This document shows, piece by piece, positions 14,043 to 15,341 of a DNA stretch of 15,341 nt. Positions within the stretch are counted from its first letter, which is position 1, and each line of letters opens with the position of its first letter. The position numbers and the translations under genes are program-made. The DNA comes from Myxococcota bacterium (GTDB lineage Bacteria > Myxococcota_A > UBA9160 > PR03). The notes under the pieces were generated by a model. The model ran no database searches, was not told where the DNA came from, and saw only the letters and a program-made list of their open reading frames with translations. Where the stretch lies: positions 1 to 15,341 of the forward strand of contig JBFIML010000065.1 of the NCBI GenBank assembly GCA_041611735.1. Reading direction: 5' to 3'.

Positions 14043-15341
14043 TCAGGCCTCGCCTTCCAGGACCGTGCGCAACGCGCTGGCGAGCTGCTCCGGGGTGAAG
14101 GGCCTCTGGACGAAGCCGGCACGGGGGCCCGCTTCCAGGTGCGGCGCGGCGAACTCCTGCCGGAAGCCGCTCATCAGCACCAGCGGGACGTCCGGCCGGA
14201 TGCACCGCAGCGCCCGGACGGTCTCCTCCCCGCCCATCTCGGGCATGGCGACGTCCAACAGCACCACGGCGATGCGGTCCGCCGCGGCTTGGAACGCCTC
14301 GAGGCCTTCGCGCCCATCGCAGGCCGTGCGCACCTCGAAGCCAAGGCGCCTCAGCAGCTCCGCCGCCACCTCCCGTACGTCCGCCTCGTCGTCCACCACC
14401 AGCGCCGTGCCCGTCCCTCGCCAAACCGGCAGCGGCGCGCCCCCTCCGGCAGTGCCTCCGCGGCGCGCTCGCTGCACGGCAGCAGCACGCGCACGACCGT
14501 GCCTCGTCCGGGCTCCGAGTACACGCCCACGGCGCCCCGGTTGCCCCGCACGATGCCGAGCACGGTGGCCAGGCCAAGACCGCGACCCACGAACTTCGTG
14601 CTGTAGAAGGGATCGAAGAGGCGTGCCCGGGTCTCCTCACTCATCCCGCCGCCCGTGTCGCTCACCGCCAGCAGGACGTAGGGTCCGGGGGCAAGATCCT
14701 CCTCCAGATAGGCGTGCAGGCGCTCGGGCCGGTACCCCGGTCCGGACCGTGATCGTCCCCGTCTCCTGCCCCAGGGCCTCCGAGGCGTTCGTGATCAGGT
14801 TCAGGACGACCTGGGTGAGCTGCGCCGCATCCCCCTCCACCGCGGGGAGCTTCGGCTCCAGCTTGCATTCGAGCCGCACGTTCTTGGAGATGGAGACCTG
14901 CAGCAGGTCGGCGATGCTCTCCACGAGCTCCGTGAGGTGCACGGCCCGCACGTCGAGCGGACCCTGGCCCCGCGTACGCGAGCAGCTGATTGGTGAGATC
15001 CGCCGCTCGCTGGGCGGCGCGATGGATGCGCCTCAGGTTCTGTCCGATGTGCGAATCCGCCGGGAGGTGTGCCGCGGCGAGGCTTGCATTGCCGAGCACC
15101 ACGGCCAGCGAGTTGTTGAAGTCGTGGGCGATGCCGCCCGCGAGTACCCCCAGGCTCTCGAGCTTCTGCGTGTGCCGCACCTGCGCCTCGAACGCACGAT
15201 GCTCGTCCTCGACCCGCACCCGCTCCGTCACGTCCGTGGCCACGCCGATCACGCCCGCCACGTCGCCCTGCTCGTCGCGGACCGGCGTGTAGCGAGTTTC
15301 GTAGCTCCGTTCTCGAAGTCCACCGCGGCCGTGAACTCCTC
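14043..15341 (-). CDS. PAS/PAC hybrid sensor histidine kinase-receiver, 5'-truncated by the window edge and split by frameshifts (sequencing error or pseudogene)
   Basis: Consecutive pieces lie in different frames: [30 protein letters not shown] and H-box [15 protein letters not shown]-box [14 protein letters not shown]1/F/G2 [23 protein letters not shown]; receiver [18 protein letters not shown]. Frame junctions near 14968-14971, 14735-14738 and 14440-14444. Confidence 0.9.

Noticed and set aside
1-15341. CRISPR arrays, tRNA/rRNA genes, IS elements, tandem repeats
   Set aside because: All intergenic gaps are under about 160 nt, and no repeat-spacer pattern, cloverleaf, transposase or integrase motif was seen by eye.

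Overview
Very GC-rich, gene-dense bacterial DNA. The tandem-PilZ protein and hybrid kinase are reminiscent of Myxococcota/deltaproteobacteria, but that is an inference. The + strand carries two blocks. The first is a COG2403 P-loop protein (probable arginine synthetase ArcE), carbamate kinase and an overlapping EEP-family phosphoesterase. The second is aceE-aceF-lpdA (pyruvate dehydrogenase) followed by a FetAB-like ABC pair. Then come three - strand genes (a YfcG-like GST, a pseudo-receiver/tandem-PilZ protein and a small nucleoside-deoxyribosyltransferase-like protein), a + strand MFS transporter, and a - strand PAS-hybrid histidine kinase with several frameshifts that runs off the right edge. 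Most notable points: (1) a candidate ATP-conserving arginine synthetase pathway with an unexplained EEP partner and no adjacent ornithine transcarbamylase; (2) two apparent non-canonical start codons (ATC for aceE, CTG for the ABC ATPase), each 5 nt after GGAGG; (3) sigma28/FliA-like promoter motifs ahead of both the PilZ gene and the PDH operon. No RNA genes, CRISPR arrays or mobile elements were seen.
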